Positions 26,901 through 35,140 of a DNA stretch of 64,000 nt are shown piece by piece. Position numbers and translations under genes: made by a program. The stretch is from Macrostomum lignano (lineage: Eukaryota), in assembly GCA_002269645.1 (NCBI GenBank), contig NIVC01000186.1, positions 310,001 to 374,000 of the forward strand, given 5' to 3'. How positions within the stretch are numbered: position 1 is the first letter of the stretch; each line of letters opens with the position of its first letter. Below the pieces are notes generated by a model. The model did no database searches. It was not told where the DNA came from and saw nothing but the letters and a program-made list of their open reading frames with translations.

Positions 26901-29900
26901 TTAAAACAGACAATAAAAACACAAGTTATAAACTTTTGGTCATGGTTGGTAGTTGTTCCTTGATTGACTAAATTTGCAGTTCTACGTGCTCGACGCCATG
27001 TTCGGCTGCAACGACCTGCTGACCGAGGAGGCCATCTACGGTCAGCTGAGGCGCATCGTCAAGGACGCCGGCGAGTGCGCCGCGGAGTCGGCGAACCGGC
27101 CGCCTCCCAGGCTCGGCGTGCTCACCTCGATGCAGCGGGACCTGTGGGCCAGGGCCAGGGAGCACCTTGCACAAAGTGAGCAATACTGGTTCTCGATCTA
27201 CTGAATTGGCCTAAATTTACATGCCACTTTCTACCCGAGGGAGCGCTGAGAAACCAGAGTTTAATGGATGCAAGGTGTTTTCCATGACAGATTAAAACAA
27301 ATTGTCAAGCGCCTCATTTCTAAACAGAATCCCAGTATCCTTGAACTGGTGATTGAAGACGCTGTCGTATTCAAAGGTGGGACGATGGCTATTGTGCTCT
27401 TGTCTTCTATGGCCCAAATTAAGAACTAACTAAGAAGCTATATTTAGTTATACCTCCCTAACTCGCAACCCCGCCTCCCTCGACTTTGTTGTAGGGTAGG
27501 GGTTGTCAAATGTGGGCCGTGGGGGCTCGCCGCCCCCACACCCCCCACTCCGCCCACCCCCTCCCCTCAACTTTGTTGGGTAGGGGTTATCAAATGTGCC
27601 CACACCCCCCGATCCGCCAAACCCCTCCCCTCAACTGTGTTGGGTAGGGGTTATCAAATGTGCCCACACCCCCCGATCCGCAAAACCCCTCCCCTCAACT
27701 GTGTTGGGTAGGGGTTATCAAATGTGGGGGGCTCGCCGCCCCCACACCCCCCACTCCGCCCACCCCCTCCCCTCAACTTTGTTGGATAGGGGTTGTCAAA
27801 TGTGTCCACACCCCCCGATCCGCCAAACCCCTCCCCTCAACTGTGTTGGGTAGGGGTTATCAAATGTGGGGGGCTAGCCGCCCCCACACCCCCGCTCCGC
27901 CTCCATCCAACCCACTCACCCCCGCCTCAACTTGGCCCACCTGTACACACATCTTCGTAGTATGTTGAGCATCGAGGCGACCCGAAGCCACATACTTGCC
28001 GATATGTATCGAAAAAATACATAGGAAAGGTATTTTTTCATTTCACTAACGATAATCTCTAACGCACTTTGAGATTCAGTGCACTCTTGAAAAATCGAAA
28101 AAATAGAATTTCATTTTAAAAAAAACTTCGTCCACTTGGGATTCGAACCTTCGAACACGCAATTGCAAGGCAACTGACTTTTCCAATAAGCCACCACTAG
28201 CTTAAACAAATCCTACACTAGACGCATTTTATATCGATGATTGCCAATAGCCCTGGTTGTAGGACGATGTCGCTGAGGGTTCTCAAAGCTCTAGTGCGGT
28301 AATCGCTTCATACAAGAGAAGCTTCTAAAATCCCATATACAAGCACACCAAAAAGAAATGTATATTGCTTCTACTACGCTCCGAAATGCAGTATTAGTTA
28401 AACTGGTGTTGAGACAAGTGTTCTCAATTAACCGCATGAAATTTTCTACTCACGCAACGCTAAGTAAATTAAAATCCTCAACCGACGCCTTGAAATATTT
28501 AGTCAGCTAATTAATAATTAATGAGCTTCGTGTCTGTGCTGTGTGGTAATCGTGAACTGGTGGAACGGTTTGGCGGGTTTGCCAAGAGCTATGAGTTCCA
28601 ACGTAGCTTGTAAAACTTAAACCATAGCTACCTGCCAGGTTGGTAGAGAGGAGAAACTCTTTTTTGGTTTAAACAGATGTCTCATTGTTGTACAAAAAAG
28701 TTCTGAGTTTTTTGAGGGACTTGCACGTTCTGTTAACACTGCAAACTAGTCACTCAGCTACGAAACTGTAAATGGGAGGGCAAAGGATGACTATTGATGA
28801 CGAAATTTTGTTATCCGCATCGTTGCCACACACAGACGAAACCAATCGAGCCAATCTGGACTTGATCGAGCGCAGCTGTTTCATCGTCTGCCTTGACAAG
28901 GACTCGAACCAGCAGGAGCAGCAGGCAGAGGCGGCGGCGGTGGGGGATGCGGTGTCGAACGATGTGCGAAGGTCGCTGCAGCTGCTGCACGGCATGGGCA
29001 GTCGGCACAACGGGGCCAACAGGTGGTACGACAAGACGATGCAGGTAAGAAGCATGACAAGGATGGCTGGTCATTAGGGTTGCTCGTCTCTGTCATTAGT
29101 TGGTCATTAGGATGGTTGGTCATTAGGATGGTTGGTGATTAGGATGGTTAGTCATTAGGATGGTTGTTCATTAGAATTGGTTGGTCATTAGAATTGGTTG
29201 GTCATTAGGATGGTTGTTCATTCGAATTGGTTGGTCATTAGAATTGGTTGGTCATTAGGATGGTTGGTCATTAGGATCGGTTGGTCATTAGAATTGGTTG
29301 GTCATTAGGATGGTTGGTCATTAGGATGGTTGGTCATTAGGAGCGGTTGGTCATTAGGTTTGGTTGGTCATTAGGATGGTTGGTCATTAGGATTGGTTGG
29401 TCATTAGAATTGGTTGGTCATTAGGATGGTCGGTCATTAGGATCGGTTGGTCATTAGGATGGTTGGTTATTAGGATGGTTGGTCATTAGAATTGGTTGGT
29501 CATTAGGATTGGTTGGTCATTAGGATCGGTTGGTCATTAGAATTGGTTGGTCATTAGGATGGTTGTTCATTCGAATTGGTTGGTCATTAGAATTGGTTGG
29601 TCATTAGGATGGTTGGTCATTAGGATCGGTTGGTCATTAGAATCGGTTGGTCATTAGGATGGTTGGTCATTAGGATGGTTGGTCATTAGGAGCGGTTGGT
29701 CATTAGGTTTGGTTGGTCATTAGGATGGTTGGTCATTAGGATTGGTTGGTCATTAGAATTGGTTGGTCATTAGGATTGGTTGGTCATTAGGATCGGTTGG
29801 TCATTAGGATGGTTGGTCATTAGGATGGTTGGTCATTAGAATTGGTTGGTCATTAGGATTGGTTGGTCATTAGGATCGGTTGGTCATTAGAATTGGTTGG

Positions 29901-32900
29901 TCATTAGGATTGGTTGGTCATTAGGATCGGTTGGTCATTAGAATTGGTTGGTCATTAGGATTGGTTGGTCATTAGGATGGTTGGTCATTAGGATGGTTGG
30001 TCATTAGGATGGTTGGTCATTAGGATGGTTGGTCATTAGGATGGTTGGTCATTAGGATGGTTGGTCATTAGGATGGTTGGTCATTAGGATGGTTGGTCAT
30101 TAGGATGGTTGGTCATTAGGATGGTTGGTCATTAGGATGGTTGGTCATTAGGAGCGGTTGGTCATTAGGTTTGGTTGGTCATTAGGATGGTTGGTCATTA
30201 GGATTGGTTGGTCATTAGAATTGGTTGGTCATTAGGATGGTCGGTCATTAGGATCGGTTGGTCATTAGGATGGTTGGTCATTAGGATGGTTGGTCATTAG
30301 AATTGGTTGGTCATTAGGATTGGTTGGTCATTAGGATCGGTTGGTCATTAGAATTGGTTGGTCATTAGGATTGGTTGGTCATTAGGATCGGTTGGTCATT
30401 AGAATTGGTTGGTCATTAGGATTGGTTGGTCATTAGGATGGTTGGTCATTAGGATGGTTGGTCATTAGGATGGTTGGTCATTAGGATGGTTGGTCATTAG
30501 GATGGTTGTTCATTAGAATTGGTTGGTCATTAGGATCGGTTGGTCATTAGAATTGGTTGGTCATTAGGATGGTCGGTCATTAGGATGGTTGGTCATTAGG
30601 ATCGGTTGGTCATTAGGATGGCCGGTCATTAGGATTGGTTGGTCATTAGGATGGTTGGTCATTAGGATGGTTGGTCATTAGAATTGGTTGGTCATTAGGA
30701 TCGGTTGGTCATTAGAATTGGTTGGTCATTAGGATGGTTGGTCATTAGGATGGTTGGTCATTAGGATGGTTGGTCATTAGGATGGTTGGTCATTGGGATG
30801 GTTGGTCATTAGAATTGGTTGGTCATTAGGATCGGTTGGTCATTAGAATTGGTTGGTCATTAGGATGGTTGGTCATTAGGATCGGTTGGTCATTAGGATG
30901 GCCGGTCATTAGGATTGGTTGGTCATTAGGATGGTTGGTCATTAGGATGGTTGGTCATTAGGATCGGTTGGTCATTAGGATGGCCGGTCATTAGGATTGG
31001 TTGGTCATTAGGATGGTCTGCTAGTCGTTAGGATATTGTGGCATGGTGTGGAAAGACGGTTGTTGAAAGGACATTGATAATTAGATTGTTGGCTTAGATT
31101 TGACTTGTAGATCCACTAATAAAAAGTTGGGCTACACACGCAGTTAATATGCCTGCATCACCAACATTTATAGCTAGCTTATTTTTTCTAGAAGTTCCTG
31201 AGGCCAATAATTAAAGATTCAGTTGAAAATAAGTATCATTGTCGGATTACCGCAGATATCTTCCCTTCTTGAGTCCGTACCTTTCCTTCATGCTGCAATT
31301 ACAGGTGAGCCTCGCCGGTTGTTTAGCCGACTCTGCAATTAGTAAACCTGCTCAGAAGCCGCCCCTGTAGGCCTGAATTTCACCGGAGCACGCAATGCGG
31401 GCTAATAGACTACTGTCTCTCTTGTGCTCCGTCTTTTCAAGTTTCTTTTGCCGCACGAACTGTGGCTAACCCCCCCCCCCCAACCTAAGTGAGCTCGACT
31501 TTAACTCACTTCACCCAGTGCTGCTGCCCGCTGTCTGCTTCTCTGTCAGACAATTTCTCTTCTATTCCGTGAGCGGTCACAATTGGAACCTGATTTGGGC
31601 AAAACAGTCAGTCTGACTTTTCAGAGGAAGTTATTTTTAAATTTGAGCTGAGCTGTAACGCACGCCATCCTTGAGAAGTTGAGGATGTCTGATTCACTTT
31701 TGAACTGCCTCAGTTCGGTTTGAGACTGAAGGAACCTGCTGGGACGCTACAATGACACCTCTACGTGTTTCGCTTGTCGGGGGATTTGACAATGACTTAG
31801 GAGTTCACATACGGGCATCTTTACAACTGAGATATTGCAGTAGTTTCTGGTGCAGGTGTACTCCAGCTGTGGGAGTGGGTTTCTTAATTTCGACTCAATT
31901 CCTTCTCGAGAGGGTTTTTGACTATCGCTATTGAATACGACAGCACCCAGAGCCGCTGGAAAAACTAGTAAACTATTGCACACTTGTTATAATTTCGTCC
32001 TTCTCCGCAGTTCGTGATATCGGCCGATGGTAACTCGGGTCTCAACTATGAGCACTCGGTCAGCGAGGGCATCGCTGTGATTAAACTGATTGAGCACATC
32101 TTAGCTTACATGTGAGCAAATTATTTTGGAATTTTTAAAGTTGATATTGATAAATTTAGAAACCAAATTCCAGTATTAGTTTGTGTATGAATTACGAAAA
32201 TCAACTTAGCGTTTCCAGAAGTTTTCTTCCGGCACCCTAAAACAAACAGTCGGTCATCCCTGCAACACCACTTTTAGGGAGGAAATGAAAGCGAAACGCA
32301 TGCGCCGTTTTCCCTCAATCTGCGAACTGCCGCATCCCCAGAAGTTGGAGTGGCACGTAGACGAGGAGACTGAGGCTTTCATTGAGCAGGGACTGCTCGA
32401 GATTGACAGGTAAAGTAATCCTGGGACCTGAAAGTTGGAATCTTGATCTCATCTACACGCAACAGGCTTTAACTGCTCTACTTGTAGTAAAACAACTGCA
32501 CTTGGTTACATAATTAAATACCTGCGAACACTGCAGGCTGGCAGACAATCTGGACCTGTACATTTTGCGCTTCGAAAAGTTCGGACGCGAGTACCCTAAG
32601 AAGGCCAACATGAGTCCGGACTCCTTTGTCCAACTGGCTCTTCAACTGGCCCATTACAAGTGAGAGACATTCATTTACGAGCGTACGTTCGTAACATAGA
32701 AAAATTAAAAAATCTAAAAAAGCAGGCACATGAAATATTTATGACATGAGAATCGACCAAAACTCATACAGAGTGCACAAGTACCTGGTGCCGACGTACG
32801 AAAGCGCATCGATTCGTCGCTTCCATCTGGGTCGCGTTGACGTGATCCACTCGGCTTCGATGGCCGCCCTGCACTGGGTCCGAGCGATGGAGGGTGACTC

Positions 32901-34400
32901 CGAGGCTACGGTGAGTTGCTAGCTGTCTCCACGCCTACATTGATTTAAGGATGTTTACTTAAAATATGAATTTTAAGCGCATCTCGATTCTCTTTAGTTA
33001 AGGATGGAAAAAGAGTTAGGTCTAATTGACACTGCGTGTAGGAGGGGTGTTTTATCCCTAAAAGAGGATTTATTGCTCCATTGCTGTTACATGTTGAGCA
33101 ACAGCCTAGTCTTCAGCAATGTGTCAAATTTTGGCATGGTTTTCTCAAGGACCACTGTTATATTAACTATACAGTTATATGCAGTGGTTCTTGGGTTTGT
33201 GCGTGCGTGTTTAGCATAAAACGAACTAATAAAGACACATGGTCTACAATCTTGTAAATCATTTAAGGTGTAGCTATAGGTACCTATACGAGACAGGAGT
33301 CAGGACAAGAAAGATGCGGTTTTTCACTTTTTTCAAGGTTTAGTCGAGATGCACAGTTGAGACCCTCTAAGAACTCCCAATATCGTTTAAAGCTATTTTC
33401 AATCGACACTTTTATGGGAATTCCAAAATTTCTTACAGGTTAAAAGCTGAATTTCTCTTCCTTAAATATACAAAAAACCTAAGCGCGCTCTCATTCCCAC
33501 TGCAGACGGAGCAGAAACTGCGACTGCTACGCGAAGCAATCGAAAGTCAGACTGAGCACATGCTGAAGACCATCCTGGGCCACGGAATGGACAATCACAT
33601 GCTGGGCTTGCGCATCACGGCCGAGACGGTGCTAGGCCAACTGCCTGACCTGTTCACCGACCCAGTTTATGTGGAGTGCAACCAGTTCAGGCTGTCAACG
33701 AGTCAAGTGAGTTTATTCAAATGTACAAGCTTATAGGCCGGCTCCTGTCATTACGGACTTTATCAGACACTTCGTAAGGCGAAATTTCCTTGCCCGCTAT
33801 GCAAGGAATTCGCGCTACACTCAACAATTCCTACTTGTTAGTAGACTAACTCTGACAAGCATTTTTAGTAGTGAGGACCGTATTATACTGTGAATAGAAC
33901 CGCCTATTTTGTGCATCAATACATTTACATCAGAGACAACCTGATGGCTTTATTTGTTAGTGATGCACATGCTACGTACTGCTTTTCTCGACTTGTGGGA
34001 TAATTTGGAATTGTCTCAGCGTGCATGGCTGAGCCGGCTGTTACGGTTGGTTGTATTTCTTGCTAACCACGCGTACATTATGACTGTCAAGGTTTCGACA
34101 ACCACGGACGCGCTAATCTGCTACGGCGCGGTGGTGCCAAACGGATACGGAGCGGCCTACAACCTGCACACCGACAGCATCGCTGTCTGCGTCTCCTGCT
34201 GGCGCGACTGCCCCAACAAGGACGTGTCAGCGAGACGCTACGCTGAGGCTCTGGCGGCTAGCTTGGAGGACATGCACGCCATGATTGAGGCCAATCTGGA
34301 CTTGGCCAGAGCCAATTCTGTAGCCACGGATGTGAAAATACCGGAGGAATCGCCGGACTTGGGAGCTGCCTGCAGCGTGAACGGCGAGGCTCTGGGATAG
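11838..34400 (+). CDS. ChAT: Choline O-acetyltransferase, 13 coding exons: join(11838..11918,13712..13906,14651..14769,20699..20752,21024..21204,26980..27175,28836..29044,32011..32111,32278..32409,32537..32659,32772..32910,33506..33706,34092..34400); 2040 nt, 679 aa
   Basis: All introns are GT-AG with consistent phases. Motifs: [52 protein letters not shown], catalytic [35 protein letters not shown] (Val, choline-type), [23 protein letters not shown]. Adjacent to VAChT. Confidence 0.95.
12493..13455 (+). mobile_element. Internally deleted Gypsy (CsRn1-like) LTR retrotransposon, 963 bp
   Basis: Ends TGTGGCG...CGCCACA; 4-bp TSD CCTG (12489-12492 and 13456-13459). 5' LTR 12493-12693; PBS TGGTGAGCCCGAC at 12695 (tRNA-Trp-like). 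Only 32 bp of the 3' LTR remain (13424-13455); no pol. Confidence 0.9.
12741..13430 (+). CDS. Uninterrupted Gypsy Gag, 229 aa, with CsRn1-type CHCC knuckle
   Basis: [25 protein letters not shown]; C-x2-H-x9-C-x3-C ([18 protein letters not shown]). Confidence 0.85.
   Translation: MSTESAVALKLPTFWASQPRAWFIQAEAQFVLRNITQDATKYFHLVAALDQQSAERLLDVLETPPAENKYDALKARLLGTFGLTQQQRASRLLNLAGLGDRRPSELMDEMLALLGNHRPCMLFEELFRQQMPADIRMALVSADFADPRAVARLADELWASRAQPVATATLPPEHPPVVAATARPARAKPQQHQPREADGLICFFHRKFGAKARRCDPPCQFSGNVTENK
13712..13906 (+). CDS. ChAT: ChAT coding exon 2 ([11 protein letters not shown]...KENW)
   Basis: CAG|AGA acceptor, TGG|GTAAAA donor; family N-terminal motif. Confidence 0.93.
14150..14600 (+). 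mobile_element. Possible degenerate hAT-like non-autonomous element with GA-rich interior
   Basis: CAGGGGTCTCAAGGGCC...GCGGGCCAAA left-end-like sequence, partly repeated at about 14412-14470; long polypurine tract. Confidence 0.3.
14651..14769 (+). CDS. ChAT: ChAT coding exon 3 ([11 protein letters not shown]...EQL)
   Basis: Conserved WWLDDMYL and PVNSNPG; phase 0/2. Confidence 0.93.
16250..16930 (+). mobile_element. Tc1/IS630-like transposase remnant bracketed by about 85-bp inverted repeats (copy 1)
   Basis: 16292-16377 is the near reverse complement of 16840-16923. The interior encodes HTH-like fragments ([13 protein letters not shown]...IPAVRN...RQEFAEWL); no DDE domain. Confidence 0.65.
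17860..20190. repeat. 12-bp minisatellite (TGTCTTAG[T/C]GTC)n mixed with (TGTC)n, about 2.3 kb, in ChAT intron 3
   Basis: Direct reading; source of the SVLA and VCLS ORFs. Confidence 0.97.
20699..20752 (+). CDS. ChAT: ChAT coding exon 4 ([18 protein letters not shown])
   Basis: TCATTTCAG acceptor, GA|GTAAGG donor; completes QLRFAA. Confidence 0.88.
21024..21204 (+). CDS. ChAT: ChAT coding exon 5 (RKLPVER...[12 protein letters not shown]...CNDQ)
   Basis: Conserved QPLCMEQY; CAG|GTGAGA donor. Confidence 0.93.
21410..22262. repeat. (ACAGCAGCAA[T/C]A)-type CAG/CAA cryptic microsatellite, block 1
   Basis: Direct reading; source of the poly-L, C and TA ORFs. Confidence 0.97.
22263..23300 (+). 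mobile_element. 3' fragment of an I/Ingi/Nimb-group LINE (RNase H + CCHC), frameshifted
   Basis: LYTEGSV (shifted frame), then ORF 22509-23276 with [41 protein letters not shown] and [18 protein letters not shown]. Runs into a CACACA/CAA tail. Confidence 0.88.
23300..23795. repeat. CAG/CAA/AAT cryptic microsatellite, block 2
   Basis: Direct reading. Confidence 0.95.
23794..24402 (+). mobile_element. Gypsy (Mag-like) fragment: LTR U5 remnant plus gag (ATG 23833)
   Basis: AATAAA at 23794, ...ACGACA end, then PBS-like TGGCGTCG overlapping the ATG. Gag motif [36 protein letters not shown]; truncated into repeat. Confidence 0.75.
24403..24490. repeat. CAG/CAA cryptic microsatellite, block 3
   Basis: Direct reading. 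Confidence 0.9.
25169..25361. mobile_element. About 190-bp MITE (Harbinger-like termini)
   Basis: Perfect 16-bp inverted repeat CCGTATGCAGAAAGCT (25172-25187) / AGCTTTCTGCATACGG (25344-25359); internal palindromes. Confidence 0.7.
25405..26000 (+). mobile_element. Tc1/IS630-like remnant (copy 2, homologous to 16250-16860)
   Basis: Extended visible identity with copy 1, including the left IR (25448-25533) and [11 protein letters not shown]. Confidence 0.7.
26001..26320. repeat. 20-bp minisatellite (TGGACCAAATTGATGCTTGT) x16
   Basis: Direct reading; the same 20-mer occurs about 1.5 times in the copy-1 right IR. Confidence 0.95.
26380..26620 (+). mobile_element. N-terminal HTH fragment of another Tc1/IS630-like transposase
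   Basis: [55 protein letters not shown] resembles paired-like HTH plus the GRPR-type linker. Confidence 0.55.
26980..27175 (+). CDS. ChAT: ChAT coding exon 6 (FYVLD...[16 protein letters not shown])
   Basis: TTTGCAG acceptor, A|GTGAGC donor; conserved GxLTSxxRDxWA. Confidence 0.92.
27470..27930. repeat. About 64-bp C-rich minisatellite (..CCCCTCCCCTCAACTGTGTTGGGTAGGGGTTATCAAATGTG..), about 6 units with a longer variant
   Basis: CAAATG recurs at 27591, 27655 and 27719. Confidence 0.9.
28110..28198 (-). mobile_element. tRNA-derived SINE head / tRNA pseudogene
   Basis: Minus strand: A-box-like TGGCTTATTGG, B-box GGTTCGAATCC, then an oligo-T run. The acceptor stem does not pair. Confidence 0.55.
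28836..29044 (+). CDS. ChAT: ChAT coding exon 7 ([11 protein letters not shown]...NRWYDKTMQ)
   Basis: Conserved VCLD, LLHG and NRWYDK; CAG|GTAAGA donor. Confidence 0.93.
29070..31017. repeat. 16/17-bp minisatellite (GGTTGGTCATTAGGAT)n, about 1.95 kb, in ChAT intron 7
   Basis: Direct reading; starts about 25 nt after the exon 7 donor. Confidence 0.97.
32011..32111 (+). CDS. ChAT: ChAT coding exon 8 containing the catalytic His (YEHSVSEG)
   Basis: TTCTCCGCAG acceptor, AT|GTGAGC donor. Confidence 0.93.
32278..32409 (+). CDS. ChAT: ChAT coding exon 9 (...LPHPQKLEW...)
   Basis: CTTTTAG acceptor, AG|GTAAAG donor; PxxLxW motif. Confidence 0.9.
32537..32659 (+). CDS. ChAT: ChAT coding exon 10 ([29 protein letters not shown])
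   Basis: CoA-binding region motif; GT-AG sites in phase. Confidence 0.93.
32772..32910 (+). CDS. ChAT: ChAT coding exon 11 ([16 protein letters not shown])
   Basis: Conserved substrate-binding motif; ACG|GTGAGT donor. Confidence 0.93.
33506..33706 (+). CDS. ChAT: ChAT coding exon 12 ([11 protein letters not shown]...LSTSQ)
   Basis: CACTGCAG acceptor, CAA|GTGAGT donor. Confidence 0.93.
34092..34400 (+). CDS. ChAT: ChAT terminal coding exon ([20 protein letters not shown]...)
   Basis: Conserved YGxVVPNGYG; stop TAG at 34398-34400. Confidence 0.92.
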   Translation, partial: VSTTTDALICYGAVVPNGYGAAYNLHTDSIAVCVSCWRDCPNKDVSARRYAEALAASLEDMHAMIEANLDLARANSVATDVKIPEESPDLGAACSVNGEALG

Positions 34401-34650
34401 TGTATTGTGCTGGTGTTATCTACTTTTATTCAGGCTTTAATGTATTAGTATATAATGTAATACGGAGTGTTTAACAGTCGAAAGATTATAACATGCTCTG
34501 CAACTATACAGACAAAACAGTGTATATACTCAGCAACAGTCGACCCTCCAAGCGGGATGAAAATTTTCCCACTTATTGCGACAACTTCTCAATCACAATT
34601 CAACCCTCAAGTTCGCAACTAAGCCGCCCGGGAAAGTTGATTGAATCAAT

Positions 34651-34656
34651 AATAAA
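34651..34656 (+). terminator. Probable ChAT polyadenylation signal AATAAA
   Basis: About 250 nt after the ChAT stop. Confidence 0.55.
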
Positions 34657-34703
34657 CGTCAGTCGCACAAAAAGTATTTTTATGCAATACAGTTAGAATC
34701 ACA

Positions 34704-34819
34704 GGGGTCGTACTATAAAGCTGTCGTAGCGTAAGTTCGATCGTACGTCGGAACTTTTACACTGCGGAGATAGGAGCTAAGATCGATCTTATCTTACGAT
34801 GGCTTTATAGAACGGGCCC
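34704..34819. mobile_element. 116-bp MITE with imperfect about 38-bp TIRs and 3-bp TSD (ACA), PIF/Harbinger-like
   Basis: Left GGGGTCGTACTATAAAGCTGTCGTA versus reverse complement of right GGGCCCGTTCTATAAAGCCATCGTA; ACA at 34701-34703 and 34820-34822. Confidence 0.65.
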
Positions 34820-34826
34820 ACAATGC

Positions 34827-35140
34827 TTAATAACGCGCGTGGGATAAACTTGCACACAGAAGTGCGGCGACTCTGCGGGGAATCCCCAGGCTGAGGCGGC
34901 GCAGAAAGACCTGCAGAAGCTGCTGCCAAGCGTTTTCAATGGCATGACACAGCTCCGCAACATTCTGTGGTGGATTCTCTTTTCGAATGCTGCGTTTTAG
35001 GAAGTCCCAGACATGCTCGATGGGATTCATGTCTGGGGACCGGGAAGCGGCCAGCGCAGAGTGCAGAATTGTATAGTTTTTTTTCAGTTGACTAACACCA
35101 TCGGCTCGTGTGGCGGCGCGTTGTCATCATAGACAAACCC
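34827..35140 (-). mobile_element. Tc1-family transposase C-terminal remnant
   Basis: DDNAPPH, SPDMNPIEHVWDFLKR and PRRVAA...RY* match Tc1 catalytic-domain motifs; frameshifted. Confidence 0.85.

Noticed and set aside
29070-31017. Interstitial telomeric repeat (TTAGG within the unit)
   Set aside because: TTAGG is only 5 of 16 nt and is never tandem.
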